From an uncultured Candidatus Saccharibacteria bacterium (GTDB lineage: Bacteria; Patescibacteriota; Minisyncoccia; Phycocordibacterales; Zambryskibacteraceae), in NCBI GenBank assembly GCA_964582295.1, contig CAZOQP010000002.1:8563-72562 (forward strand): a DNA stretch of 64,000 bases, read 5' to 3'. The notes under the pieces were generated by a model. It was not told the origin of the DNA. It did no database searches and worked only from the letters and a program-made list of their open reading frames with translations. How positions within the stretch are numbered: the stretch's first letter is position 1; each line of letters starts with the position of its first letter. Shown piece after piece: positions 17,826 to 25,751 of this stretch. Made by a program: the position numbers and the translations under genes.

Positions 17826-17869
17826 GAACTGCGCTACCTCCGCCAGCTGGCGGAGCGCCACCGGGGGAA
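17826..17869 (-). repeat. partial direct duplicate of the tRNA-Asn 5' end plus ~6 nt of its upstream flank; the D-loop is replaced by a 16-nt perfect palindrome
   Basis: actgcgctacc + [TCCGCCAGCTGGCGGA in place of GCT] + gcgccaccgggg + aatat matches 17547-17580. Cannot form an anticodon arm, so it is not a second tRNA. Confidence 0.6.
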
Positions 17870-17943
17870 TATGTTCTCTTGTGGAGAACAGGGGAAATGA
17901 TAGCAAAAAGGGTAGTTTTTTCACAGCGCGCTAAAATGGAAAG

Positions 17944-18168
17944 ATGCTTATACATGTGAAGGTTTCAGCAGGTGAGAAAAGGGAAAAATTTGAAGAAATT
18001 TCGGATACTCGTTTTGTGATATCTGTGAAGGAAAAAGCGGAAAGGAACATGGCCAACAGGCGCGTGATGGCCATACTGGCCGGACATTTCAAGGTTCCTG
18101 AAAGATCCGTAAGGGTAATAAGTGGTCACCATTCACCGTCTAAAATTATTGAAATAATAGGCAAATGA
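17944..18168 (+). CDS. DUF167 (YggU-like) protein
   Basis: 74 aa; ...VKVSAGEKREKFEEI...FVISVKEKAERNMANRRVMAILAGHFKV pattern characteristic of the YggU family. Confidence 0.55.
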   Translation: MLIHVKVSAGEKREKFEEISDTRFVISVKEKAERNMANRRVMAILAGHFKVPERSVRVISGHHSPSKIIEIIGK

Positions 18169-18180
18169 TATAATCGGGGT

Positions 18181-18591
18181 ATGAAATATTCATCATATGT
18201 GAAGGGGATGGAGAATACGCCGGCCATAGAAGCTTATTTAGATAAACGTTTGAAAGCGCTCCGGAAAGTGGTGAAGGATCCGGCGGCGCATGCGCAGGTG
18301 GAGATAGGGAAGACTACAAATCATCACAAGTCGGGAGACATTTTCCGGGCGGAAATAAAATTGATGATGTCCGGCAAGGAATTTTATGCGGCAGTGGAAA
18401 AGGATGACCTTTACGCGGCCATAGATGAAATGAGGGACGAGATAATCGCGGAGGTTAAAAAATTCAAAGGAAAATCTGAAACAGCTTTTCGTCGCGGCGC
18501 ACGAAGAATGAAAAGTATTTTGAAAGGGCTTGATCCTCGAGATTACAACTACAAGGATTGGAAGTTTTGGGAGAAGTGGCGGAGGAAATAA
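18181..18591 (+). CDS. hpf: ribosome hibernation promoting factor (HPF/RaiA family, long form)
   Basis: ...AIEAYLDKRLKALRKVV...DIFRAEIKLMMSGKEFYAAVEKDDLYAAIDEMRDEI... matches the sigma-54-modulation/S30AE fold signature. Confidence 0.8.
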   Translation: MKYSSYVKGMENTPAIEAYLDKRLKALRKVVKDPAAHAQVEIGKTTNHHKSGDIFRAEIKLMMSGKEFYAAVEKDDLYAAIDEMRDEIIAEVKKFKGKSETAFRRGARRMKSILKGLDPRDYNYKDWKFWEKWRRK

Positions 18592-18595
18592 AAAG

Positions 18596-18737
18596 TCGCT
18601 CGGGGTGTTTCTTGAAAATGAAAAGTACGCACTCGAACACGAAAAGAGACCACTCCGGGGCGTTTGCCCAAGTCTTAGTCTCTTTTCGTGTTCGAGTGCT
18701 TTACTCAAAAAACATTTTCAGGAAACACCCCTCGCTC
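18596..18737. repeat. intergenic palindromic repeat element, family member A (142 bp, bounded by TCGCTC hexamers)
   Basis: Starts 5 nt after the hpf stop. Outer arms gggtgtttcttgaaaatg / cattttcaggaaacaccc; inner perfect 22-bp arms gcactcgaacacgaaaagagac / gtctcttttcgtgttcgagtgc. Shares GAAAAG..GTACGCA with members B and D. Confidence 0.7.
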
Positions 18738-18764
18738 CTAAGTTGAGAAAAAATATAAACAAAG

Positions 18765-18806
18765 AGGCCGCGCGACGGATGTCGCGCGGCCTTACTGTTT
18801 TTTTTA
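18765..18806. terminator. intrinsic terminator (bidirectional)
   Basis: aggccgcgcgac-ggat-gtcgcgcggcct followed by tactgtttttttt. Confidence 0.6.
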
Positions 18807-19274
18807 TCCTATTTTCAATTGAACTCTCTCCTCTTTGCTCAATCTACTCTCCATTAGCTCGGCCGCAGTTTGAGCGAGCTCCGGGTTCCTTGCAATGACA
18901 GCTGCAAAGCGGATTTCAGCCCAACCTCTTTGGAGTTTGCACGTGAAGTAAAAGATGAGGGTTTCTTTATGCTCTGAAGGCAGTACTTCCTCAGGCAACC
19001 GCCCGACTTCCTCCATGAGAATATGTACACCCTCGAGAGCAGTTGCAAGTAGTGGTGGATGCATATTCGCAATTACTTGCTCAAACACGAGGTTGAGACT
19101 GAGCAGGTGTTTCCGATGACGCGGATCTGCCAGGTTCTTCCAAGCTTCAAGCGCTCTGATCAGATCTTCTGAGTCGCGGTTTACCACTCCATGCCTCCGT
19201 CGGCAAAAAGTGAATGTTCGGTTCCTTGAATGTTGTAGCACCCTTTCTCTCAAATCACAACTACATAACTCCAC
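18804..19274 (-). CDS. hypothetical protein (156 aa)
   Basis: Intact ORF starting 14 nt inside the 3' end of fmt. No recognisable motif. Confidence 0.35.
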   Translation of the reverse strand: MELCSCDLRERVLQHSRNRTFTFCRRRHGVVNRDSEDLIRALEAWKNLADPRHRKHLLSLNLVFEQVIANMHPPLLATALEGVHILMEEVGRLPEEVLPSEHKETLIFYFTCKLQRGWAEIRFAAVIARNPELAQTAAELMESRLSKEERVQLKIG

Positions 19275-20109
19275 GCAAAAAGTCCTGCCACGACATTTCT
19301 TTGCGCCCTTCGGGTGTTACGCGGTCTAAAACCAGCACCCCTTCTTTTATATGGGCTTCTTTTATTTTCACCCGCACCTTGCCGTTCTTGGTGCTGTGGA
19401 AAAAATATGCCCCAGGCCATTTTTCAAAGGCGTGTATCTTTCGCAGATTTTTTATCGGCCCGTCATTCATATCCATCTCCGCATCTTCCTTTGATATTTT
19501 TTTTGTGAAAGTGGCGAGGGTGTGATCCTGCGTTTGGGCTTTGATATTTTCATCCATCCAATCGGGAATAACGGATGCGAGAAGTTTTCCGCCTTCACTC
19601 CCTAAAATTTTCTCTGCCTCCGTGTATGCGGGCGGCTCGTCTCCAAAAACAACCGCCTTTTGAGCAAGAATGGGGCCATGATCCATTTCCTCGTCTATCA
19701 AAATTATACTAACCCCCGGTTTTTCTCCGGAAAGGATAGTGCATTGTATAGGGGCCGGCCCGCGCAGTTTCGGTAAAAGAGACGGATGCACGTTCAGGGT
19801 GCCTCGGGTGGGAATATCAAATACTTCCCTGGGAATTATTTTTCCGTATGAAGCTACAACGCCAAGTTGTGGGTTATAAGCTTTAAGTTGCAATACAAAA
19901 TCCGTATCCAATTTCTGCGGCTGAAGCACCGGGATATTGTGTTTGCCAGCCCACACTTTTGCAGGCGGGGGAGTGATGGTGAGGCCGCGCCCCTGCGGAT
20001 TATCCTCGGCACAAACTATCACCACAGGAACGAAGCCCCCTTTTTCAAGTTCATTCAAAACAGGAATAGCTATTGCATCCGATCCAAAAAAAGCAAAACG
20101 TACACTCAT
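19261..20109 (-). CDS. fmt: methionyl-tRNA formyltransferase
   Basis: N-terminal MSVRFAFFGSDAIAIPVLNEL and the GTLNVHPSLLPKLRG formyltransferase motif. Start at MSVRF, which overlaps the def stop by ATGA. Confidence 0.85.
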   Translation of the reverse strand: MSVRFAFFGSDAIAIPVLNELEKGGFVPVVIVCAEDNPQGRGLTITPPPAKVWAGKHNIPVLQPQKLDTDFVLQLKAYNPQLGVVASYGKIIPREVFDIPTRGTLNVHPSLLPKLRGPAPIQCTILSGEKPGVSIILIDEEMDHGPILAQKAVVFGDEPPAYTEAEKILGSEGGKLLASVIPDWMDENIKAQTQDHTLATFTKKISKEDAEMDMNDGPIKNLRKIHAFEKWPGAYFFHSTKNGKVRVKIKEAHIKEGVLVLDRVTPEGRKEMSWQDFLRGVM

Positions 20110-20645
20110 CGCTTTTTGCTTTTTACCGGAACGGGTTTCCACTCATGAAGGTCCGAGGCCTTGTCGGTGAAAAGCACTCCGTCCAAATGGTCACTCTCAT
20201 GCTGAAATATTTGTGCCACCAGGCCGGAAGCCCCGCGGCTGAATTTTTTACCTTTTTCGTCATATGCTTCCAGTTCCACTTTGTCCGAGCGTTTCACTTT
20301 TCCGTAAAGCCAGCGCACCGAAAGACACCCCTCTTCCATGGCTTTTTTAATACGTGAGCTTCTTAGGATCTTGGGATTTATGAAAACTTCGTCCGGATAT
20401 TGCGATTTCGCTTCATCTTCATTCGCAAGAATAGCCCTTACCCGTCCGGAAACCACGAAGATACGCAGAGGCACACCTATTTGGGGCGCGGCAATGGCTA
20501 CTCCGTCGCTTTCACCCTCCAGTGCTTTTTTCATATCTTTAAGTATCTTTTGTATGCGAGAAGAGGGAATTTCCTTCACGGAAACAGGCTCCGCCTTCTG
20601 GCGGAGTACGAGGGTCTCTTCCTCCTGAAAAATCCTGGCAGGCAT
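20106..20645 (-). CDS. def: peptide deformylase
   Basis: PDF motifs GVAIAAPQIG, EGCLSV and HESDHLDG. def-fmt gene order. Confidence 0.85.
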   Translation of the reverse strand: MPARIFQEEETLVLRQKAEPVSVKEIPSSRIQKILKDMKKALEGESDGVAIAAPQIGVPLRIFVVSGRVRAILANEDEAKSQYPDEVFINPKILRSSRIKKAMEEGCLSVRWLYGKVKRSDKVELEAYDEKGKKFSRGASGLVAQIFQHESDHLDGVLFTDKASDLHEWKPVPVKSKKR

Positions 20646-20685
20646 ATATTTAAGCTTACAGGTTCTCTTCTTAAGCTGCTAGTAT

Positions 20686-22566
20686 TTACAAAAGATCTTC
20701 AGGATCCACGGAAACGGCGAATTGCGGAGGCAGGGACATGAGGCGCATTACTGTGGTTTTGTCCGGCCATTCATTTGGCACTTCTATTTTTATAAGCCCG
20801 TGAAAACGATGCAAGCGCCCGCCTGCTCTCACTTTCACAATGTGCACCGTTTCGCCGAAAAGTTCCCGCACCAGTTCACTGTCTTTGGCGGCACGCGAAG
20901 GGCTGCCTTCCCATGCAATTTTTATGAAAAGGGAAAAAGGCGGGAATGCGAATTTTCTTCTTTCATCTATCTCACGCTCAAAGAATGGCAGAAAATTCCC
21001 TTCGGCCGCTGCAGAGAAAACAGGGTTCTCCGGACTCCTTGTTTGGAATATCACTTTCTCTCTACCCAGTGCACGAATGCTTGTAAGGATTGAAAGCAGT
21101 CTTTCATTCACACGAAAATCAGGCATTCCGATAAGCGAATCTGCAGAAACGACCGCCGCTACTTCAACAGGGCTTCTCACATAACGCAAAGCCATCTCGG
21201 TGCCGATAAGGATACCTCCGCGAGTATGTAAAAAATCATCTGCTGTGCGCATGGCTTTTGCTGGTGTAGGGGCGGCATCTTTATTCAGGTGGAAAATGAA
21301 AGGGTGGGGAATAATACGGCGGAGCTCCTTTTCAATAGTTTCAACTCCAATTCCCAAAGTGGCAAGCCGCCAGCCACCGCAATGCGAACACTCGTCTTTT
21401 GCTGGGCGTTTTTCACCGCACTTGTGGCAAAGAAAAAAATGATTGGCGCTCTCGTGAAGCACTAGTGGAGCTCCGCATACCGGGCAGGAGACGACCATTT
21501 CGCAATCACTGCACACAGTGAGAGGTGCCAAGCCTTTGCGGGCGCCAAAAAGGAAAACCCTTTTCCCGGCTTCAACTGCAGAAATAATAGTGCGCTCCAA
21601 ACGGTTAGAGAATATTTTGAAGCCCTCCTCGTCACCCTCTTGCCTTACCATGGAAGAAATGGAAACATCGGCGGTAGTGGGGGAGCGCATGTTCATGTGG
21701 CCCCATTCGTTGTATTCGTTCTCTTTTACTTTGTACAAAGTCTCAACACGCAGTATCTCGCTTCCGTAAATGATGCGGGCGCAATATTCATGTGCGAGCA
21801 TTTTTGCGAATGCCCGAAAATCTAAGAAAGGACGCGAAAGAGTGTTGTATGCGCGTGAGTTCTCTCTTTCGCAGAGAACTGTTTCGGTGTCCTCGCGCAT
21901 AAGGCAAAGGTAGGGAGGAGTGGCGATGATGAGGGCGGGGTGAGTTGGGTCATCCACTATCTTCAGGCGTTTGGTGAGTTCCTTTGCATTGCGAGGCGCT
22001 GGGAAAACAACAGTGAATTCCTCAATGCCGCGCGAAAGCTCTTTGTATGCGTATTCCGCATCCTCGGCCGTCGGTACCAGAAAAAAGAATGAGCGCTTGC
22101 GGGCGAAAGTTTCGCGTATAAGAGAGCGGTATTCAGCAAAGCGCTCCTCCGAGCCTGCCTGGAATGCGCTTACGTCTGCAACAAGCGTGCATTTGGGTTC
22201 AATGGGAACGACATTTCTTTTTGCTTCAAGGACTGCTTGAGGCAAAAGAACACTCAAGATGCTTGCAGTGCTTTGAGCGGAGTATTCCGAAAATGCGTCA
22301 GCCGCACGCAGGAAGGCGCGGCTGACGCACATCTTTCCTGCTGCTCCCGTGATTTTTTTAAGTGCAAAAGGGCCGGAGCGTATTTCCATGCGGGCTTTTT
22401 CCGCAGGATGGGTTTCCACTACCAGAGCCCTTACTGTTCTTGCGCGCAGAGGCACCTTCACGATAGTACCCGGCTCTATATCCGTGCCTGAAAAATAAGT
22501 AAGGGTTTCCGCGCCGGCACCTTTGGCGAAAGTTCTTGTGAGTGGTAATACGGAGACTGTGAACAT
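20686..22566 (-). CDS. priA: primosomal protein N' (PriA) homologue with degenerate helicase ATPase motifs
   Basis: PriA-type N-terminus (VSVLPL...LTYFSGTDIEPGTIVKVPLRARTVRALVVE) and the Cys-rich zinc region CSDCEMVVSCPVCG...CHKCGEKRP...CSHCGG. The positions where GxGKT and DExH are expected read GSEERFAEY and LMREDTE instead. Confidence 0.7.
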   Translation of the reverse strand: MFTVSVLPLTRTFAKGAGAETLTYFSGTDIEPGTIVKVPLRARTVRALVVETHPAEKARMEIRSGPFALKKITGAAGKMCVSRAFLRAADAFSEYSAQSTASILSVLLPQAVLEAKRNVVPIEPKCTLVADVSAFQAGSEERFAEYRSLIRETFARKRSFFFLVPTAEDAEYAYKELSRGIEEFTVVFPAPRNAKELTKRLKIVDDPTHPALIIATPPYLCLMREDTETVLCERENSRAYNTLSRPFLDFRAFAKMLAHEYCARIIYGSEILRVETLYKVKENEYNEWGHMNMRSPTTADVSISSMVRQEGDEEGFKIFSNRLERTIISAVEAGKRVFLFGARKGLAPLTVCSDCEMVVSCPVCGAPLVLHESANHFFLCHKCGEKRPAKDECSHCGGWRLATLGIGVETIEKELRRIIPHPFIFHLNKDAAPTPAKAMRTADDFLHTRGGILIGTEMALRYVRSPVEVAAVVSADSLIGMPDFRVNERLLSILTSIRALGREKVIFQTRSPENPVFSAAAEGNFLPFFEREIDERRKFAFPPFSLFIKIAWEGSPSRAAKDSELVRELFGETVHIVKVRAGGRLHRFHGLIKIEVPNEWPDKTTVMRLMSLPPQFAVSVDPEDLL

Positions 22567-22668
22567 GGTGATAGCTTATAGCTTTTAGCTACTAGCTTCC
22601 AGCTTATTCGGGGTAAAAGAAGGATAACTGGCGGATTATTACAAAAAAGCTTAAGCTGTAGGCCACAA

Positions 22669-23682
22669 ATGGCCTTTTTTACCAAAAAACTAGGTATTGA
22701 TCTCGGCACTACGAGCGTTCTTGTGTATGTGCCGGGAAAGGGGATTATCTTGAATGAACCGTCTGTTGTGGCCGTGTCTGAAGAGGACAGGAAAATTTTG
22801 GCGATAGGTGCGGAGGCAAAAAAAATGATAGGCAAGACGCCTGAAAACATCATTGCTTATCGCCCGATGAAAGACGGAGTCATTGCGGATTATCGTGTGA
22901 CGGAAGCCATGCTCCGATATTTTATCGGCAAAGCTCTCGGTAAATTTTCATTCATAAAGCCGGATGTTTTGATATCCGTTCCCGCTGGTGTTACCTCAAC
23001 TGAAAGGCGGGCTGTCATTGAAGCGGCTGTGAAAGCGGGGGCAAAGAACGCATATGTTGTGAAAGAGCCGATCCTTGCGGCTATCGGCGCAGGTATTCCC
23101 ATTCAGGAGCCGTCGGGCCAAATGATAGTTGATATTGGCGGAGGGACGACCGACGTGGCGGTTATTTCGCTCGGCGGCATCGTGGCTTCTACGTCGGTTA
23201 AGTGTGCTGGCAATAAGATAGATGCAGCTATCACCGACCATATGAAGAAAACTTATAATCTGGCGATTGGTGATCGCACGGCGGAAAATATAAAAATAAA
23301 TATCGGCTCTGCTGTGCCGGTGGAGGAGGAACTTTCAATGCAGGTGAAAGGAAGGGATTACGTTTCGGGTTTGCCCCGCTCGGTTGAAGTGAAAACAAAT
23401 GAGGTGGTGAAGGCCATTGGGAAAGAGCTTCGCGATATGGTGAAAGCTATAAAGGATGTGCTGCAGGAAACTCCGCCAGAACTCGCTTCAGACATTATTG
23501 ATAAAGGAATAGTTATGACAGGCGGCACTTCCCAGCTTCGCCATTTGCCCGAACTCGTTTTTCGCCGCACCGGAGTGAAAGCGGTGATGGCAAAGGATGC
23601 TTTGTATTGTGTGGTGAATGGGACGGGTATAGCACTAGAGCATTTGGATGCTTATAAGAAGGCGGTGATTTCTAAAAGATAA
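22669..23682 (+). CDS. actin-like rod-shape protein, MreB family (paralogue 1, 337 aa)
   Basis: LGIDLGTTSVLVYV, NEPSVVAV, DIGGGTTDVAVISLGGIV motifs. Confidence 0.8.
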   Translation: MAFFTKKLGIDLGTTSVLVYVPGKGIILNEPSVVAVSEEDRKILAIGAEAKKMIGKTPENIIAYRPMKDGVIADYRVTEAMLRYFIGKALGKFSFIKPDVLISVPAGVTSTERRAVIEAAVKAGAKNAYVVKEPILAAIGAGIPIQEPSGQMIVDIGGGTTDVAVISLGGIVASTSVKCAGNKIDAAITDHMKKTYNLAIGDRTAENIKINIGSAVPVEEELSMQVKGRDYVSGLPRSVEVKTNEVVKAIGKELRDMVKAIKDVLQETPPELASDIIDKGIVMTGGTSQLRHLPELVFRRTGVKAVMAKDALYCVVNGTGIALEHLDAYKKAVISKR

Positions 23683-23685
23683 TTT

Positions 23686-23791
23686 TCGCTCGGGGTGATG
23701 ACGAAAAGAGTACGCATAAAAATCTGCTGATTTTTTGCTCACCCTCGCGCCGTCGCGCTGCACAGCCTCTTTTCGTCATCACTCCTCGCTC
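23686..23791. repeat. intergenic palindromic repeat element, family member B (106 bp, TCGCTC-bounded)
   Basis: Starts 4 nt after the mreB-like stop. 19-bp arms gggtgatgacgaaaagag / ctcttttcgtcatcactcc. 105/106 identical to the reverse complement of member C at 32213-32318. Confidence 0.75.
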
Positions 23792-23856
23792 TGAAGTAAA
23801 AGTCGGCTCGCTTCAAAGAAAAAACAATCAATTTGTAAAAAGGGTAAAATGGGGGA

Positions 23857-24558
23857 GTGGGTGAGAACTTAAAAATATTAGAGGTGTTAAATGCTGGGCT
23901 TCATTCGCCACGCTCTTATTTGGTAAGGGGAGAAGAGGGGGTGGCTTTGGCAGTGCTTGCGGATGCCATACAGAATTCTTGGGGGATAACTTTTGCGGGG
24001 AACCCAAACATTTCTTTTTTCCGCGGAGTGGTTGGGGTAGATGAAGCGCGGGAACTTACAGATATCGCCGGCCGCTCCGCTTTTGGTGAAGATAGTCTGA
24101 GTATCATTTTTCTTGCTGCATCGCGGCTCACACATGAAGCCCAGAATGCTCTTTTGAAGATAACAGAGGAACCTAAATCATCACTTCGTATGTTTGTGGT
24201 GGTTGATAACGATGTAGAGCTTTTGCCGACACTTCTTTCGCGCCTTGAAGATATTACAGACGCGTTTGGACACCGGGTGTCCAAAACGGGAAATGCAGAG
24301 GCGGAGAAATTTGTTTCTTCAGGACTCAAGGAGCGTTTGAAAGTGGCAGAAAAAATAGCTAAAGATGAGGAGACTCATGTGTTTGAAGAATTCTTAAGGA
24401 ATATTGAAAAATTTGTGTGGCACTCCAAGTTTAAACACGAAGGGGAGCGGAAAACTGCCTTGAATGCCGTTGCCTTTGCAAAAAAACAGGCATCCTTTCA
24501 AAGTCGTCCCAAAAGGATGGTTCTTGAGGCCCTCGCCATTTCCTTGCCAGTGTTGTAA
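23857..24558 (+). CDS. DNA polymerase III clamp-loader delta-prime-like subunit (HolB-like, no Walker A)
   Basis: ALLKITEEP sensor motif typical of clamp-loader subunits, 233 aa, no P-loop. Confidence 0.5.
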   Translation: MGENLKILEVLNAGLHSPRSYLVRGEEGVALAVLADAIQNSWGITFAGNPNISFFRGVVGVDEARELTDIAGRSAFGEDSLSIIFLAASRLTHEAQNALLKITEEPKSSLRMFVVVDNDVELLPTLLSRLEDITDAFGHRVSKTGNAEAEKFVSSGLKERLKVAEKIAKDEETHVFEEFLRNIEKFVWHSKFKHEGERKTALNAVAFAKKQASFQSRPKRMVLEALAISLPVL

Positions 24559-24571
24559 TCTTTGAATATAT

Positions 24572-25087
24572 ATGGTGCTTTCAGTACATACGCTTGTGGG
24601 GGGAGCTCTAGGCGCAGCGATGAATGTTTCGCCGGCGCTCTCTTTGTTTGTGGGAATTATCTCGCACTTTGCTTTGGATGCTATACCTCATGCGGATTAT
24701 CCTCTGCATTCAATAGAAAAAGACGGCAACGGAAAAGGTACTCTTGTGAAAGACAGGCGCTTTGTACGGGATTTGGCAGTGTACGGTTTGGATCTGATAG
24801 TCGGCTTTACAGTACTTTTCCTTTTTACGCATGGCTCGCCAAATTTTTGGGCGGTTTTGGCGGGAGCTGTCGGCGGATGCATTCCCGACGGCCTGCAATT
24901 CCTGCATCTTCTTTTTCCTAAAATAAAAGGTCTTGGTGCTTTTCAAAAACTTCATGATTCAATTCACACCCCCAGGCGCATCTCTCTATATGTAGAAAAA
25001 CATGCCGCTCTGGCTTTTCTCACTCAGGCCTCTATCGTCGTTTTCGCTCTGTATTCACTTTCACATGTAGTACGAGCCTCATCTTAA
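24572..25087 (+). CDS. membrane-bound metal-dependent hydrolase-like protein (DUF457/YdjM-like)
   Basis: 4 TM segments with conserved His pattern (..HTLVGG...HFALDAIPH..) reminiscent of the YdjM family. Confidence 0.4.
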   Translation: MVLSVHTLVGGALGAAMNVSPALSLFVGIISHFALDAIPHADYPLHSIEKDGNGKGTLVKDRRFVRDLAVYGLDLIVGFTVLFLFTHGSPNFWAVLAGAVGGCIPDGLQFLHLLFPKIKGLGAFQKLHDSIHTPRRISLYVEKHAALAFLTQASIVVFALYSLSHVVRASS

Positions 25088-25106
25088 GATTTTATAAATA
25101 GCCATT

Positions 25107-25175
25107 ACAAAGGTTTATCCTTTGGCAAAGGATAAACCTTTGTACGTAGGACAGTCCTACGTAGATTTTGATTTT
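25107..25175 (+). promoter_or_regulatory. two consecutive perfect palindromes between the DUF457 gene and frr (candidate operator and/or terminator)
   Basis: acaaaggtttatcctttg-g-caaaggataaacctttgt (18-bp perfect arms), then acgtaggac-a-gtcctacgt, then gattttgattttt. Confidence 0.3.
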
Positions 25176-25202
25176 TGGTCATAAGTCGTTTATTCTTCTC
25201 CT

Positions 25203-25751
25203 ATGTACGATTTTTCTCACTTTAAAAAACAGGCGAAGGAGACGGTTGAATGGTTCAAGCGCGAGCTTTCAACCATCCGCACAGGCCGTGCCGCACCGGC
25301 CATTTTGGATGGGGTAACCGCTGAATGCTACGGCTCAAAGATGACACTTAAGGAAGTGGCGTCCGTCAACATTGAAGATGCCCGGTCTCTCCGGGTAGCC
25401 CCGTGGGATATGTCCCAGGCGAAGAATATTGAGAAAGGTATCGTTCTTGCAGACCTTGGTGTGTCGGTAACCGTTGATGACAAGGGGCTTCGTGTGATCT
25501 TTCCGGAGCTTTCTTCAGAAAGGCGGGTATCACTTATGAAAGTGGCGCGCCAGAAGCTTGAGGATGCACGTGTTGCTATTCGCGGTGAACGCGAAAAAGT
25601 GAAGGAAGATATTGACGCGAAAAAGAAAGCCGGCACTGTCGGAGAAGATGACAAATTCCGCTTTATGGATGAATTGCAGAAACAAGTGGAGACGTTCAAT
25701 AAGGAACTTGAAGCGGCTTTTGAGAGGAAAGAAAAAGAAATAGGAGAATAA
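25203..25751 (+). CDS. frr: ribosome recycling factor
   Basis: ...LSTIRTGRAAPAILDGVTAECYGSKMTLKEVASVNIEDARSLRVAPWD... canonical RRF. Confidence 0.9.
   Translation: MYDFSHFKKQAKETVEWFKRELSTIRTGRAAPAILDGVTAECYGSKMTLKEVASVNIEDARSLRVAPWDMSQAKNIEKGIVLADLGVSVTVDDKGLRVIFPELSSERRVSLMKVARQKLEDARVAIRGEREKVKEDIDAKKKAGTVGEDDKFRFMDELQKQVETFNKELEAAFERKEKEIGE

Noticed and set aside
17826-17869. Possible second tRNA gene upstream of the GIY-YIG ORF
   Set aside because: Only the acceptor 5' strand and D-stem are present. The D-loop is replaced by a 16-nt palindrome, and there is no anticodon arm, T-arm or 3' acceptor strand. It is a partial duplicate, not a tRNA.
17503-17875. Group I intron with a GIY-YIG homing endonuclease interrupting tRNA-Asn
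   Set aside because: The downstream tRNA is complete and uninterrupted. The inserted segment (about 250 bp) is too small for a group I ribozyme core plus an ORF, and the duplicated part is the tRNA 5' end, not exon halves.
18238-18898. ORFs 18238-18708 (-), 18530-18898 (+) and 18558-18746 (+) spanning repeat element A
   Set aside because: They run through a long palindrome and a terminator and overlap the hpf 3' end and each other. Their reading frames are a by-product of the inverted repeat, not genes.
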